Assembly (NCBI RefSeq): GCF_037042905.1
Contig: NC_087250.1
Coordinates: 17,982,001 to 18,046,000, forward strand
DNA from: Lytechinus pictus
Taxonomy: Eukaryota
DNA: 64,000 nt
Direction of reading: 5' to 3'
Positions 24,601-36,198 of this stretch are shown piece by piece. The position numbers were made by a program, and so were the translations under genes. Every line of letters begins with the position of its first letter. The first letter of the stretch is position 1. Below the pieces are notes generated by a model that was not told where the DNA came from, did not search any database, and worked only from the letters and a program-made list of their open reading frames with translations.

Positions 24601-27600
24601 AGGGTGATCTGACAAGAGTCATCAGTTGGAACCGCTCCAGGAGGAAGGTACATTGATATTCCATGGTCTTCTAGATTGATTTCTTGACTAGAATTTCTGT
24701 TGACTTCGACAGAGGCATCAGTAGAGCTGGATAGCCGATCTGTGATACAAGGTGAACAACGAGGTCATGGTACACACAATGTAGAAGAACAAACCTGTAT
24801 CTTAGGCAATGATATAGAACAATTATCAAACACTTTCGTAATGTACATGTGTGATGTATAGGCCCATCAAAAGATGATAAGCCTTGTGTTGTGATCTCTG
24901 TTATTCAAATTTAGGGAAATGTATCGAGTGATTTAATATAAAATTACACAAAAGGTAAAGAATTATAATAAATATATAGCAAGAATAACGAAAACAAGAA
25001 GAAGAATAAGAACAAAAGAGAATAAGTGGAAGGACAAGAAGAAACAAAGGTGGAAGAACAATACCATATTAAACGAGAGGAAACACGTAATTGAATGAAA
25101 AGACAGTTGTAATGGGAAAAATAGAAATACAAAGTAAATATACATATAGTCAGAGTATAGGAACAACCCTCTTGTTCCTAAAGTAGACAAGTGCTATGTT
25201 TTTCCATGAAGGGTTAATAATATATATATATTAACGTGCAGTCATGTGCGACGAATTCGGTGACGATTTTGTGTTTTATATTTCAGGAATGCTCTTACCT
25301 ATAGTAGACTGTACATCATCCAAGAAAGGTAATCTGCAGTAAGCAATTAATACAAAATCATTAAACTTCTAATATCTTGAATTATATTTACCTCATCAAC
25401 TGCATTAAAATAATTTAGAATATTCAAAAGAAAACCGTAATGTTTCGATGGACTTATGATTTGTGCATATGATTACGTCTTACCCCCGTTTGGAAACGGA
25501 CCGCAGATCAGATGGCAAACTGCGGTATTTCACCCCATTTTGCATTTGAAAATCTAAAACATCATTTCCAAGCCCTGGGGGTCGTTTCATAAAGCTGTTC
25601 GTAAGTTAAGAGCGACTTTAACAACGACTGGTGATCATCGCCAATGGTTTGTACCATTTACCGCAAGACATGATCACCAGTCGCTCTTAACTTACGAACA
25701 GCTTTATGAAACACCCGCCTGATCAACCCCGCTTGGCCAGGTAATCCCCACAGGCCAGATTATGAGCGTTGAGCCAAGGACGAAATGATAAACAACAGCT
25801 GTGCTATTACGTAAGTCTTCTCTGCCTGTAGAAGGACCTTCGGAATTAAATTATTGTATTCGATATTTAATCACGTTTTCAAATGCATATTGTATTCAGA
25901 AATTCAATGCTAGCCCATTTTCAATTTCGACCGAAGAAAATCAACCTCGAAAGTAAGTAAAGTAAGTGAATAAAAAATGGCGACATGTTTTCCCGGACCG
26001 CACTCGGGCTGTTGTGTTATCTTCGGACCGAGGTCAAGAAACAGGTGTTTTGATACTTACATTGCATGCCTGGGGCAGTATGGTTTTCGTATTTGGAGAA
26101 GAGAATTCATTGAGAAAAAATGGGGTATAGTGTTATCAAACGGAGGTATTTCGTCATCAGCGAAACTTAAAAATATATAATTTTACATTCAATTGTGATG
26201 AAATTTTCAATGTTGTGCTTGTTTGATTTTCCTCTGATTTGTTTTTGTTTGTGAAGTGGACTTGATCTTTGACTTGAAAATACATGTATATCAGGATCCG
26301 TTTGTACCGGAAATTTAGTTTAAAGAAAGTAATTGTTCACCTTGCCAATATCATCTGTCTGATCATTTCATCCTTTGCATAGTGGATCGGTAGACAACCT
26401 ACTTCATCCTTAATATCCATCCTGGCTCCATGTTCTAAGAGATAGAACACCAATGCCTTTTCAGGAGATAACCTGCCACTGTAGTATTCTTTGGATACCT
26501 GCAACGGATGATTAACTTAGTTTGTGTGATAATTAAAAATGCATGCAACCTTCAAATTCCGCGTCGTCGTTTTGTTATTTAAAAAAGAAACATAGTATTT
26601 TTTAAATCTTATTAGTCCTTAAAGTGTTTTATGTCATGGAGATTTTTGAAAGGCTCAACGATAAACAATTTATGGTATGGATAAAATATTAACTTTCTCA
26701 CAAATTTACTAAAATGAAAATTGTCTTATATGCATTTTCGTTACATCTTAATTGAATGTAAGTTTGTATCATGTGCAATTAGCAGTGGATGCCGGAAATG
26801 CCATGATGATTGTACTCTGTTGACTTAAATGTTTTAAAATCCAAGTGTATACTGAAAACTGAGGCAAATGTCTTTTCCAAGACTAACCTTTCTGAGTGTT
26901 TCGGTGTCTTCAACATTCCTTTTCCTTTGGTAGCATAATTTGATAGCTTTATGAAGACATGTCTGACCGTCATTAGACTGTACATTGAGATCAAATCCAT
27001 TAGCAATCATCCTCTCAATGATGGATGTATGTCCGTGCATCATAGCTAGATGGATGGCCCCTGAATCATTCTGGATTGACATAATTATGTAAACGTAGTA
27101 GAAAAATAAGCATTCTTGTATATTGTAGGGAAAGCAGCATTTTTTTTTTACCTATGACATACAGTTTATTTTACAGAAATCAATTCATTTGGTAAAATCT
27201 TCCTTGAATACCAAACTGAAATTATTAACTCTTATTTTTGTAATGGTAATCAAAGTACTCTTTTTTCTGTTGTACTGTTTTCAGAATTTTGCGGAACAAG
27301 CATGTTTGAAAATTACATCAATATTCTATACAGTTTAAAAGATTCCTACATTGGCAATTAGTTGCAGAATGACCAAACGGCACCATTTCAGCTATTTATA
27401 ACTCCGTCAAAGAACGTTTATAGGATGTATATATCGCCTACCTTAGCATCCCTGTTGTCAACTAGAAAATCAGCAATATCTCTGTACCCAAGGGTTATGG
27501 ACTGATGTAAGGGTGTCTTGCCGTGAATGTCTTCTGTATCACATCGTGCTCCGCCTGTAAGTAGAACTTCAACAACCTCAATGTAACCATTCTGAACGGC

Positions 27601-29490
27601 AATATGTAAGGCAGTTGTCCCTTCTTTGTCACCTTTATTGACATCACCTCCTTCACTGATCAGATATTTGATGACGTCGATATGACCAATGTTAGCAGCA
27701 CGGTGTAATGCAGTCAAACCATCATTATCCACCTTATTAACCTCAGCTCCCTCACTGCTCAGATATATGATGACGTCACTATCATCAATGTTAGCAGCAC
27801 GGTGTAATGCAGTCAAACCATCATTATCCTCTTTATTGACCTCAGCTCCCTTACTGATCAGATATTTGATGACGTCAATATGACCATTGTTAGCAGCACG
27901 GTGTAATGCAGTCCCTCCACGATTATCCTCCTTATTGACCTCAGCTCCCTCACTGATCAGATATTTGATGACGTCAATATGACCATTGTTAGCAGCACGG
28001 TGTAATGCAGTCCCTCCACGATTATCCTCCTTATTGACCTCAGCTCCCTCACTGATCAGATATTTGATGACGTCAATATGACCATTCTTAGCAGCAGGGT
28101 GTAATGCAGTCCCACCGCCATTATTGACCTCAGCTCCCCCACTGACCAGATATTTGATGACGTCAATACGACCGTCCCAAGCAGCAAAGTGTAATGCATT
28201 ACAACCATCATTATCCTCCTTATTGACCTCAGCTCCCTCACTGACAAGATATTTGATGATGTCAATATGACCATTCTCAGCAGCACGGTGTAATACAGTC
28301 ACACCATCATTATCCTCCTTATTGACCTCAGCTCCCTCACTGATCAGATATTTGATGATGTCAATATGACCATTGTAAGCAGCAGGGTGTAATGCAGTCC
28401 CACCGCCATTATTGACCTCAGCTCCCTCACTGACCAGATATTTGATGACGTCAATACGACCGTCCCAAGCAGCAAAGTGTACTGCATTACAACCATCATT
28501 ATCCTCCTTATTGACCTCAGCTCCCTCACTGACAAGATATTTGATGATGTCAATATGACCATTCTCAGCAGCACGGTGTAATGCAGTCAAACCATCATTA
28601 TCCTCCTTATTGACCTCAGCTCCCTCACTGATCAGATATTTGATGACGTCAATATGACCGCTCCAAGCAGCATGGTGTAATGCAGTCACATCACAATTAC
28701 CCTCCTTATTGACCTCAGCTCCCTCACTGATCAGATATTTGATGACGTCAATATGACCGCTCCAAGCAGCATGGCGTAATGCAGTCACACCACGATTACC
28801 CTCCTTATTGATCTCAGCTCCCTCACTGATCAGATATTTCATGACGTCAATGTGACCGTTCCAAGCAGCATGGTGTAATGCAGTACCACCACCATTATCC
28901 TCCTTATTGACCTCAGCTCCCTCACTGATCAGATATTTGATGGCGTCAATATGACCCTTCCAAGCAGCACAGTGTAATGCAGTCTGACCATAATTATCCT
29001 CCTTATTGACCTCGGCACCCTCACTGATCAGATATTTGATGACGTCAATATTACCATTGTTAGCAGCATGGTGTAATGCAGTCCCACCACGACTATCCTC
29101 CTTATTGACCTCAACTCCCTCACTGATCAGATATTTGATGACGTCAATATGACCATTCTCAGCAGCACGGTGTAATACTGTCCCACCACCATTATCCTCC
29201 TTATTGACCTCAGCTCCCTCCCTGATCAGATATTTGATGACGTCAATATGACCATTGAAAGCAGCACAGTGTAATGCAGTCCCACCAACATTATCCTCCT
29301 TATTGACCTCAGCTCCCTCACTGATCAGATATTTGATGACGTCAGTATGACCACTCTTAGCAGCATTGTATAAAGCAGTCCGACCATTGTTATCCTCCTG
29401 ATTGACATCCGCTCCCTCACTGATCAGATTTTTGATGACGTCAATATTACCATGTGAAGCAGCCCTGCCTAATGGAGTCCAATTTGCCAT
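515..29490 (-). CDS. Multi-exon ankyrin-repeat / ZU5 / UPA-like protein gene, 3' end outside window; join(29490-27442,27070-26888,26498-26341,25333-25299,24739-24407,1594-1347,643-515)
   Basis: All six introns are GT-AG, and their phases (0,0,2,1,1,0) give one stop-free frame. The product runs from ~21 ANK repeats to NDSGAIHLAM..., VSKEYY...MILAR, LPFLDDVQSTI, DRLSS...HGISMYLPPGAVP (ZU5), DLPKT...YITHCAEWW...DLPGNEA and ATQEES...EIESQ. Confidence 0.85.
1347..1594 (-). CDS. ZU5 C-terminus / UPA-like exon
   Basis: Phase-1 acceptor (aacaag|AT) and donor GCG|gtcagt. Encodes YCRLYKKHLELYITHCAEWWVLIPLEQQVIRQQLICTPYVPD, continuing the ZU5 exon in frame. Confidence 0.8.
1775..3150 (+). mobile_element. 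RLE-type non-LTR retrotransposon (HERO-like), 5' half, degenerate
   Basis: CxCGxxFxSxKGLRIYQxxMKC zinc finger, RRVKWP, APGPNG, FRPISLLNVEGK, QKAG, GCLEH, WLDLA. Frameshifted. Confidence 0.9.
3600..3836 (+). mobile_element. 3' tail fragment of an L2/CR1-group LINE
   Basis: acaagctctgctttt hairpin, AATAAA and (attga)n tail, like the LINE tail at 49583-49832. Confidence 0.6.
4144..4319. mobile_element. Small PIF/Harbinger-group MITE
   Basis: TIRs ccgtttcat...atgaaacgg with CTG/CAG flanks. Confidence 0.55.
4853..5536. mobile_element. hAT-like MITE with internal tgcccc repeats
   Basis: CAGGGGC start, mirrored ggggggcac/gtgccccccc subterminal motifs, repeated aaatgccccc/gtgcccttt units. Confidence 0.5.
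6940..7237. mobile_element. CACTG-ended MITE (TA flanks)
   Basis: ta|cactgttaaaaaa ... ttttctaacactg|ta imperfect TIRs. Confidence 0.55.
8987..11215 (+). mobile_element. RLE-type non-LTR retrotransposon (HERO-like), 3' half: RT, CCHC, restriction-like endonuclease, 3' UTR
   Basis: ANAYGSVPH, GCAISP, FMDD, CSAC..TLQHILSAC, RHNQVL, RPDIVLW, ELTVPWE, EVGCRGF. In-frame stops and frameshifts. Confidence 0.92.
11350..11508 (+). repeat. 5' LTR
   Basis: Near-identical to 23927-24085, TG...CA ends, followed by PBS. Confidence 0.9.
11744..13874 (+). pseudogene. Gypsy gag-protease-RT (frameshifted)
   Basis: ORF pieces 11875, 12167, 12475 and 13333 carry gag, aspartic protease and RT motifs. Interrupted at IPLN|D. 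Confidence 0.9.
14335..15544 (+). mobile_element. 1.2-kb MITE-like element, copy 1 (GGGACCTTTCG termini, ACT flanks)
   Basis: gggacctttcg...cgaaaggtcc; direct repeat of 18556-19774; contains a CCGGGG MITE at 14982-15281. Confidence 0.85.
15646..15987. mobile_element. MITE with ~80-bp TIRs and AAT TSD (ANT-type, PHIS/Pangu-like)
   Basis: aat|aaggagctttctatttgcatgtcgactagtgg ... ccactagtcgacatgcaaatagaaagttcctt|aat; absent from the mirror arm. Confidence 0.85.
16875..17030 (+). mobile_element. tRNA-derived SINE fragment
   Basis: A-box-like tagctcagtgg followed by a ggaccttaagccgtcggtcc SINE-like body. Confidence 0.5.
18556..19774 (+). mobile_element. 1.2-kb MITE-like element, copy 2
   Basis: Highly similar to copy 1 in the same orientation; ACT/ATT flanks; same nested MITE at 19205-19501. 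Confidence 0.85.
20113..20354. mobile_element. hAT-type MITE, 8-bp TSD GCTCTGAC
   Basis: cactagcgtacc...ggtacgccactg; TSD at 20105-20112 and 20355-20362; same family as 61483-61785. Confidence 0.88.
20538..22476 (+). pseudogene. Gypsy RNase H-integrase (frameshifted)
   Basis: LNDLTH..W.WD resumes the RT connection; RNase H, HHCC and DDE integrase motifs follow. Confidence 0.9.
22822..23844. mobile_element. Tc1/mariner-type non-autonomous element, TA TSD, in Gypsy 3' UTR
   Basis: ta|cagcgcgtcccaaaaaaatg ... cattttttttgggacgcgctg|ta; long imperfect TIRs. Confidence 0.88.
23927..24085 (+). repeat. 3' LTR
   Basis: Preceded by PPT; terminal CA reads AA. Confidence 0.9.
24086..24210 (-). mobile_element. 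tRNA-derived SINE
   Basis: Minus strand has gtggccgagtgg (A box) and ggttcgattcc (B box); same family as 58561. Confidence 0.75.
24407..24739 (-). CDS. ZU5 domain exon (N-terminal part)
   Basis: tcacag|AT...AAGG|gtaagt. HGISMYLPPGAVP...ITLTI...IKCDP..LNFNKSVKITISHS is a ZU5-like pattern. Confidence 0.88.
25299..25333 (-). CDS. 35-bp linker micro-exon
   Basis: ctgcag|ATTACC...ATAG|gtaaga. It supplies exactly the phase 2 to phase 1 change needed between the flanking exons. Confidence 0.75.
25578..25718. mobile_element. Harbinger-group MITE, CTG flanks
   Basis: gtttcataaagctgttcgtaagttaagagcgac is inverted as gtcgctcttaacttacgaacagctttatgaaac. Confidence 0.75.
26341..26498 (-). CDS. Ankyrin exon 3
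   Basis: ttgcag|GTATCC...GCAAG|gtgaac: VFYLLEHGARMDIKDEVGCLPIHYA. Confidence 0.88.
26888..27070 (-). CDS. Ankyrin exon 2
   Basis: tccag|AATGATTCA...AGAAAG|gttagt, 61 codons: AIHLAMMHGH...NGFDLNVQSNDGQTCLHKA. Confidence 0.9.
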
Positions 29491-29492
29491 AC
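27442..29492 (-). CDS. Large ankyrin-array exon (21 repeats, mostly 99 bp each)
   Basis: 690-aa ORF of TALHxAAxxGHIDVIKYLISEGAEVNKED repeats. Acceptor ctacag|GTATG at 29492; donor AAG|gtaggc at 27442. Confidence 0.95.
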
Positions 29493-30848
29493 CTGTAGCT
29501 CCGGGAAAAAAAAATGTTTCATCGTTTGATTGTCATAGCTAGTTGTGTGAAACTTTCACTAATTGGTTTTCTGCGTGGTGCTAAAATTAAACCAGCCTTA
29601 AAATGCATAAAATTACATTTTTTGTAAATTATTTGTTTTTGGTTGGATGGATGAATTACTTTTTAGAAAAGAAATACCTCAGATTATATGAACATCGCAA
29701 TCATAGGTTATTTTCAAAGGAACTATTAGCACAGTATTACATAACTAGATAAAGGTGCTATGTCAGGTACGATGTCAGATGTTACCCCGAGTCATCATGT
29801 TTTGGTAGATAGGATGTTTAACGACGTTAGGAAGAGGAAATTTTTACATCATTTTTCAGAGTAAGAACACAACTCCTATTTTAAAAACCAAACTTTGTTT
29901 ACCACCCCCCATGTATTCGATGCTAGCCAGGACTAACATGGAGTAATTTACATTGATATTAACCCGACATACACAGACTTTTATAGACCCAGAACAGAGC
30001 TACAAGCGAAATCTAAAAATGGAAAATGTATAGGCCACAAAGGCTTGCAACGCCAACTCACGGCGTCACGGCGCGCGTTTTCAATCAATCCAAACTTACA
30101 TAAATAAAGTATGAAAAAATAGATTCTTTCTTCTGTTAAGCATTGGCGAAATTTGTCCCTACTGAAAATGGAAGAGGGGGGGGGGGGGTGAGTCAAAAGT
30201 GGGGGCTGACCATGCACTCTCAAAACAAATCAGTAACAAAATATGACTAGTTGATAGGGTCAGCTAGGTGTAACTGTTATTTTAGTCGTATATTTAACTA
30301 TTTTATAGTCGTTAATATAACAGTTATTTCTGACTAGAAGAGTGCGCAAAAAATAACAATCAGATGGTCATTTTTACTTTTTTGTACACGGTTTTGGAAA
30401 AAGTGGAGTGGGGGCTGAGGCCCCCTCAACCCCCCCCCCCCGGTTCCGCAGCCCCTTCAAACATATGGAACCATGTTTATGTGTACACGTATGTAGGAAT
30501 TATATGTACACAAGAAATTGAAGAGTGAAATTGACAAATCAAATACCAATCGAAAGATAATAAGCTACAATACACAACAAGGCAAACAATGCTTTCAGGC
30601 TGAGTATTTAGCCTGAGAAAAGCCCCGATAAGCGGACCTTTATTATGCTTATCAACAGCCTTGACATCATTCTTTGATTATGTTTGCCCACAATAATGGA
30701 TGATTAAATGTTTTTGCTTCACGGATTGCGCTTTTGATGTACCTCACTTCTATCGCATACATAACAAATAATAGATGATACCTATACACAGCTTTAGACT
30801 AGAAATGCTTTCCATGTTTTCCCAAACTTATTTGGCGCAGCTTTGTAT

Positions 30849-31411
30849 CCCGGGGGGGGGGGGGCACTTACATTGACGACTGGATACCATGCGCGACCAT
30901 GGGGTCTCGAAAAGCACCCTAAACACGTATTTTCCATATTAGTGAAAATGCACCCCTTAACAAGTATTGGCGTGTGAAACCCTACCCTTAACAAGTATTG
31001 GAAACAGAACGTTACTCTTGGCAAGTATTCCCTGAATTGACCCCTAAACAAGTACAACGATATTTTTATTGTTATGTCACTGTCGTCGGTTTTACCTTTA
31101 CCTGATTTGGGTTGAGTACAGCCCCGCCACATCTCGCGCAAAATCGTACTCTAAACACGTAGTGTTGACTCTTGGGGCAAAAAGTACATCCTTTATGAAA
31201 CATTTTAGTCTTAATTTTTACACCCTCGCAAATTTGACCCTAAACACGTAGCTTTTCTAGCAAAAATAGATACCCTTTTTTCCTTATTTTTTTTTGACAC
31301 CCTTATTAAGTTACGTAGGTAACGTGCCTTATCGTGAAAAATACATCATTTTTTTACGTGTTTTTTTGGTCGCGCATGGAATCCACTCGTCAATGTAAGT
31401 GACCCCCCGGG
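30849..31411. mobile_element. CCCGGGG-ended MITE
   Basis: cacttacattgacgactggataccatgcgcgacc is inverted at the right end. Relatives at 14982, 19205 and ~36770. Confidence 0.85.
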
Positions 31412-31608
31412 TTTGTACCTCTATCTCCATTCCGTTCATGTGTTTATGAAAAATTAGGTTACATAAAAACTAAACAAAGAAATTGCAAGAACCTAGCAAA
31501 CGCTGCAGGTCTCCATCCATTTCAGTAGGTGGCATTCGTCTTTTGGAATTGTAAAAAACAACAACAAAAAAGCCTCTAATTTATGCTTTGTAGCTTATAA
31601 ACATTATA

Positions 31609-32596
31609 AAGTGCGTATCAAAAAAAAGTTTACACTTTGAAAAAGCCCTGGGAATTTGACATTATACAACATGTGGGTAATTTTTTCACATATAATCTTG
31701 GGCTTGGGTCTCATCTCTCCAATGAAAGTAAAAGTTTTAACATAATATTACACTTGAGTGAGCGCTGTCCCTTTTTGTAAAGCACGCAGAAATGTGTTTC
31801 CGCAAAAATGCTCGCTTTCACGCTGTGTCAAGGGAAAAGGGCGAAATCAAACTTACCCTGCGAATCATTTCTCATGTATTTCCCTTGCACTCTTAGTCAA
31901 CTGAAATAAAACGGATACATTCAAGCATTTTCTAACAATTTTGCCACCCAAATTGAAATTTCAACACTTAGTAAGATCAACCTTTTCCCTTTTTGTGCTA
32001 GCTGGATCTGAGGACATAACTGAATCTGAAGAAAAGTTTGTATCAGACATCTCCAGCACTTTTTCACTAAGTTTTTATCATTTAAAGTGGGTTTACATTT
32101 CATTTTTCATTCAATACTTGTTTCTCCACACTTTTCCAAGCTTGACCATGATAAACAAAATGAAAATCAAGCCTTAGTCATTTCATGCAAATCACAGCTC
32201 AGTGTAAAGCAAATATCGTCACGATGGCCTCGGTGTGTGGGGGAGTGGGGTGGGGTGCACTGCACTCTTCGAAGTGTTTTGGGCAAGGAAACAAGTTAAA
32301 AGAGGTAAAAGATATCTTCAAACCAAATTACTAGCTAAATTCCACGTGCTCTTCATGATTAAGGTCCACTTTTATTCACATAACTATTTCAAAGTTCTGC
32401 TCAAATCATTTTTCACTAACTTTTCAAATGTAAGTGGTGCTCATTCAAGCGGAAATATTTTTTGACAGTTATATCGTCATTTGCTTATAAAATGGATCTG
32501 TACCAATGTTAAAATGTGGAAAAATCTTCAGGATATTACTAATGTATAATTTTACAAGATTTTTTCAAAGTGTAAACTTTTTTTTGATACGCACTG
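31609..32596. mobile_element. Tc1/mariner-type MITE, TA TSD
   Basis: ta|aagtgcgtatcaaaaaaaagtttacactttgaaaa ... ttttcaaagtgtaaacttttttttgatacgcactg|ta. Confidence 0.85.
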
Positions 32597-34252
32597 TAGA
32601 GTGCCCATGTGTCAATTAGCCCCAATCTAGGTCAGTTACAACACAGTAAAAGGAAATGATGGACTATATTTGACATTAAAAAAAACATTTTCATCCATAT
32701 TTTGTCTCATCGGCATAAATTTAGTTCATTCATTCGTTTTGATGGGGGTGGGGGTGATAGTCATAGTCCTATCCTTAGGCTAAATTTTAAGTGTATCTTA
32801 TTTTTATATTTACAACAGGATAGGGTATCTCATAAGACCTTAGTGTGCGAGCGCAAAGTGCGAGGTCAAATTTTCAATATTTCACGTAAATATTTAGCCC
32901 TGAAATTTGATTGTTAAGCAGTGTTTTGTTGTATATCGAAGAGAGCAGTTAATGCTAGAGCGAAGCGCGATTAGAAATATCTTTCATTTTATTTAGTTTA
33001 TTTCATTTTAAACAATAAATAAACCAAGTAAATTAATACAATCACAACGAATCAATGTCATAAACATTGTTATCATTGCTATGGGTTTTTGTTTGTTTTA
33101 GGGGGGGGGGGGGGTCAGTGGGGGGTAATGAGTCTAACGCCATGTCTTGCTCCTAAAGTTTTTAGACTCATGCACACCCGCCTTCACCTAAAACTCCTAA
33201 GACAACTCACAACTTACTTTAACTCTTTGTTTTGGCTCCTTCATACAAACTCATCACTTGGATCCTATAAACATTGACTCTGGTATACCTCTCTGCTTCA
33301 TCGCCCGGCCCACTCCTTCACCGTCTATGGGACTCTATCCAGTGCTTTAGCCAAAGCCATATTGGTTCTTCCCTAGTCAGCTCGACATTCCTCTTGCAAC
33401 TCTAACCAATAACTATAACACTCACATCATTCATCCTACTTAGGATATCTTGTGGATCTTCTGTTCTTCTGGATTCCCCCCTCCCCCACCCTGCCTTTAT
33501 TTCGCTTCTTTTCCCGTCTCCTTTCTTTCGCTCTTTTTTTTTTTTTTTTTTTTTTTTCTTTCCTTCTTCTTTCTTTCTTTTACTCGTTTTTGTCATTTGT
33601 TTTGTTGGTGTTGTTGTCTTTTTTTTCAATTTGTCTGTTCTTGTAATATTTCGTCTGTCTTGTTTTGGTATAACATTTTGTCATGTCTTGATCTTGTACC
33701 GTTCTGTCACGTCCTGTTTTCGTAACGTTTTGTCTTGTGTGTCCCTTTCACTTTTTCTTCATATCTTGTAAGATAATCCAGCCTTGTTTATTTTTTACTT
33801 GGGAGAATATGTAAAAAAAAAATACATTTAACTAGGATTTACATATAATTTTTACATATAATTTTTACAAGAAAGATATGATGACTTGTTTATTGTATCT
33901 ATTTTGAACTTCAACAAGAACGATATGATTAGTATATTATATATATATATTGTTTTTTGCATTAAGTCTTATTTATTGAAGGAAACCTTCAATAACAAGC
34001 TTTGCTTTCCAGAAGGTTCCTATTTCATTTCAAAATGTTATATTATATTTTGCTTTACTTTGTAACTTTGTTGAAATTTTTGAATGAATAAATTCGTTGT
34101 CAATCAATCAACCTTCTCAAAATGAATACTGTATATCCATCGTACCTTTCCTTACCACAAAGTGCATCTCATCCACTTCCACCATTCTCCAAATTCTCTT
34201 GGACCCTCGACTCAACAATTTTTCATTGCATGTTCGAATAACTTCACACCCC

Positions 34253-34255
<3 letters not shown>

Positions 34256-34305
<50 letters not shown>

Positions 34306-34599
34306 TAATAATAATAATAATAATAATAATAATATAGGTATATTTTCCCAGGGTAGCCACTTCAGTTCTGAAAACTGTTCATCCTGCTATTATTATTACT
34401 CCGGATTTAACTGGGCTGGCTAGGCGCTCAAGCATTCAATGAATTTCTTCCTACCCGGTAGCCATTCACCTCACCTGGATTCGGTGCAGCACAATATGGA
34501 TAAATTTCTTGCTGAAGGAAATTACGCCATGGCTGGGATTCGAACCCACGACCCTCTGTTTCAAAGTCAGAAGAATATTCCACTGGGCCACAACGCTCC
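34256..34599 (-). mobile_element. tRNA-derived SINE with (ATT)n tail
   Basis: Minus strand has gttgtggcccagtgg (A box) and ggttcgaatccc (B box); (AAT)n tract at 34256-34333. Confidence 0.8.
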
Positions 34600-35391
34600 T
34601 ATACGCACCAAAGCTCGTTGCATCCCCTTTGAACCACTACACACTCACTAGCTGCCCACTAGACTGGCATTCCTCTTCCATCTACCATGGAGTAACTCTG
34701 ACACAACTCCAGCATCATCACACCATATCTGTCCAATCGCAATAATCATCTCCGCACTCACTTCTGAGGGTCCAGCTAACCTCTCCTGTTTTCATTTTCC
34801 CCATTGCCTAATTCACCACATTTTCCCTCTTTTAATTGGCCCTTCCACCACATCAGATACCGACTTCTAATCCCACTCATTCTCCTCATTCATGATTCTC
34901 CCCATATGCTCGTAATTTTGGCTGTTGTGTGTATTATTCTCCATAGGAGCACACCCAAGTATTCTGGAAAATGTGTAACCCAAATGACCTCCATTTTGTA
35001 GCGAAAACCTTTGTAGTGGAACTTTGTTTCTCGTTTTGGCGTTTCAAATTTAGGCCTACCATCATTCAGCACCCAGGAACAGCAAAACAAAACCTTTCCC
35101 TGCTGGGCCCTGCTAAATATACTCCTTTCTTGTGTCACAAATCTCAAACTTGAAATTCTATTCACTTTTTTAATCTTTCAATGTATTTCAATAATTAATG
35201 TATTATCCTCAAGCATTCACCAATGTTTTATAATATTTTCTGCTATTTTAACAACAAACTGTTCCCCAGGGTGAACTTCCCATCTAAGCCTCTGCATTCA
35301 TTTCGGATCCATATTCTGTCTTCTCTATAGGTTGGCTGGATGGTGATGACCTGGTGTGGACTACAAATCCAGTCTAATCAAGGCTTTATAT

Positions 35392-36198
35392 GAAGATGTC
35401 ACTTGCAAAAGGGGTTAGGTCCATTTTTCATCAAATTTGGTTTTATGTCGCAATGTATAGATTTTTAGTAGCTCTATAAGATGATACCAAAGAAAAGTTG
35501 AAATTCCTATTAAAAAGTGAACAAATATGGCAACGAAAATCACCTTTTTTTCAAAAGGGGTTAGGTCCATTTCAGTTTAGTTGCAAAAGGGGTTAGGTCC
35601 ACACAAAATCATTTAAAAAGAATATCTTGACATGTAGATTTCTCTTATACCCAATTTTATGTTCTCATGGTAGAGTATCATGAAAAATCAGTTTTGCATA
35701 AGAATAATGCAATATGGGAGAATTTAAAAATGATTTTCTTGGAGTGGACCTAACCCCTTTTATAACCAAACTCTTCTGAAGAACTCATTTGTCAAAAGGG
35801 GTTAGGTCCATTTTTCATAAATTTTATAGTTTTCCGTCTCTTAACCTCTAAATTTTTAGTCACTTTGATGATACCAAAGACAATTTGAAATTCAAATGAA
35901 AACGTGAATGAAAGTGGTAAAGAAAAATCATTTTTTACCGGTAATCAAAAGAGATGGGGTTCATTTAAGTTTACTTGCAAAAGGGGTTAGGTCAACAATG
36001 ATAATTAAAAAAAAAATATATAGAAAAATTGAAGACAGGTATATTTCTTTTATACCCAATTTCATGTTCACATGATAGGGTAGTACATCATGACAATTTA
36101 GTTTCTCATAAAAATATTGCAATAAGTGAGAATAAAAAACGTGTTTTTTCTCGGAATGGTCCAAAATGGACCTTACCCCCTTTGCAACTAAACTCTTC
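35392..36198. mobile_element. MITE with repeated aaaaggggttaggtcc motifs, ATAT flanks
   Basis: gaag..ttgcaaaaggggttaggtccattt / aaatggaccttaccccctttgcaa..cttc. It interrupts the left arm of the 35134/50402 inverted duplication. Confidence 0.75.

Noticed and set aside
27689..28574. Alternative-frame and antisense ORFs within the ankyrin exon
   Set aside because: They are by-products of the tandem repeat periodicity.
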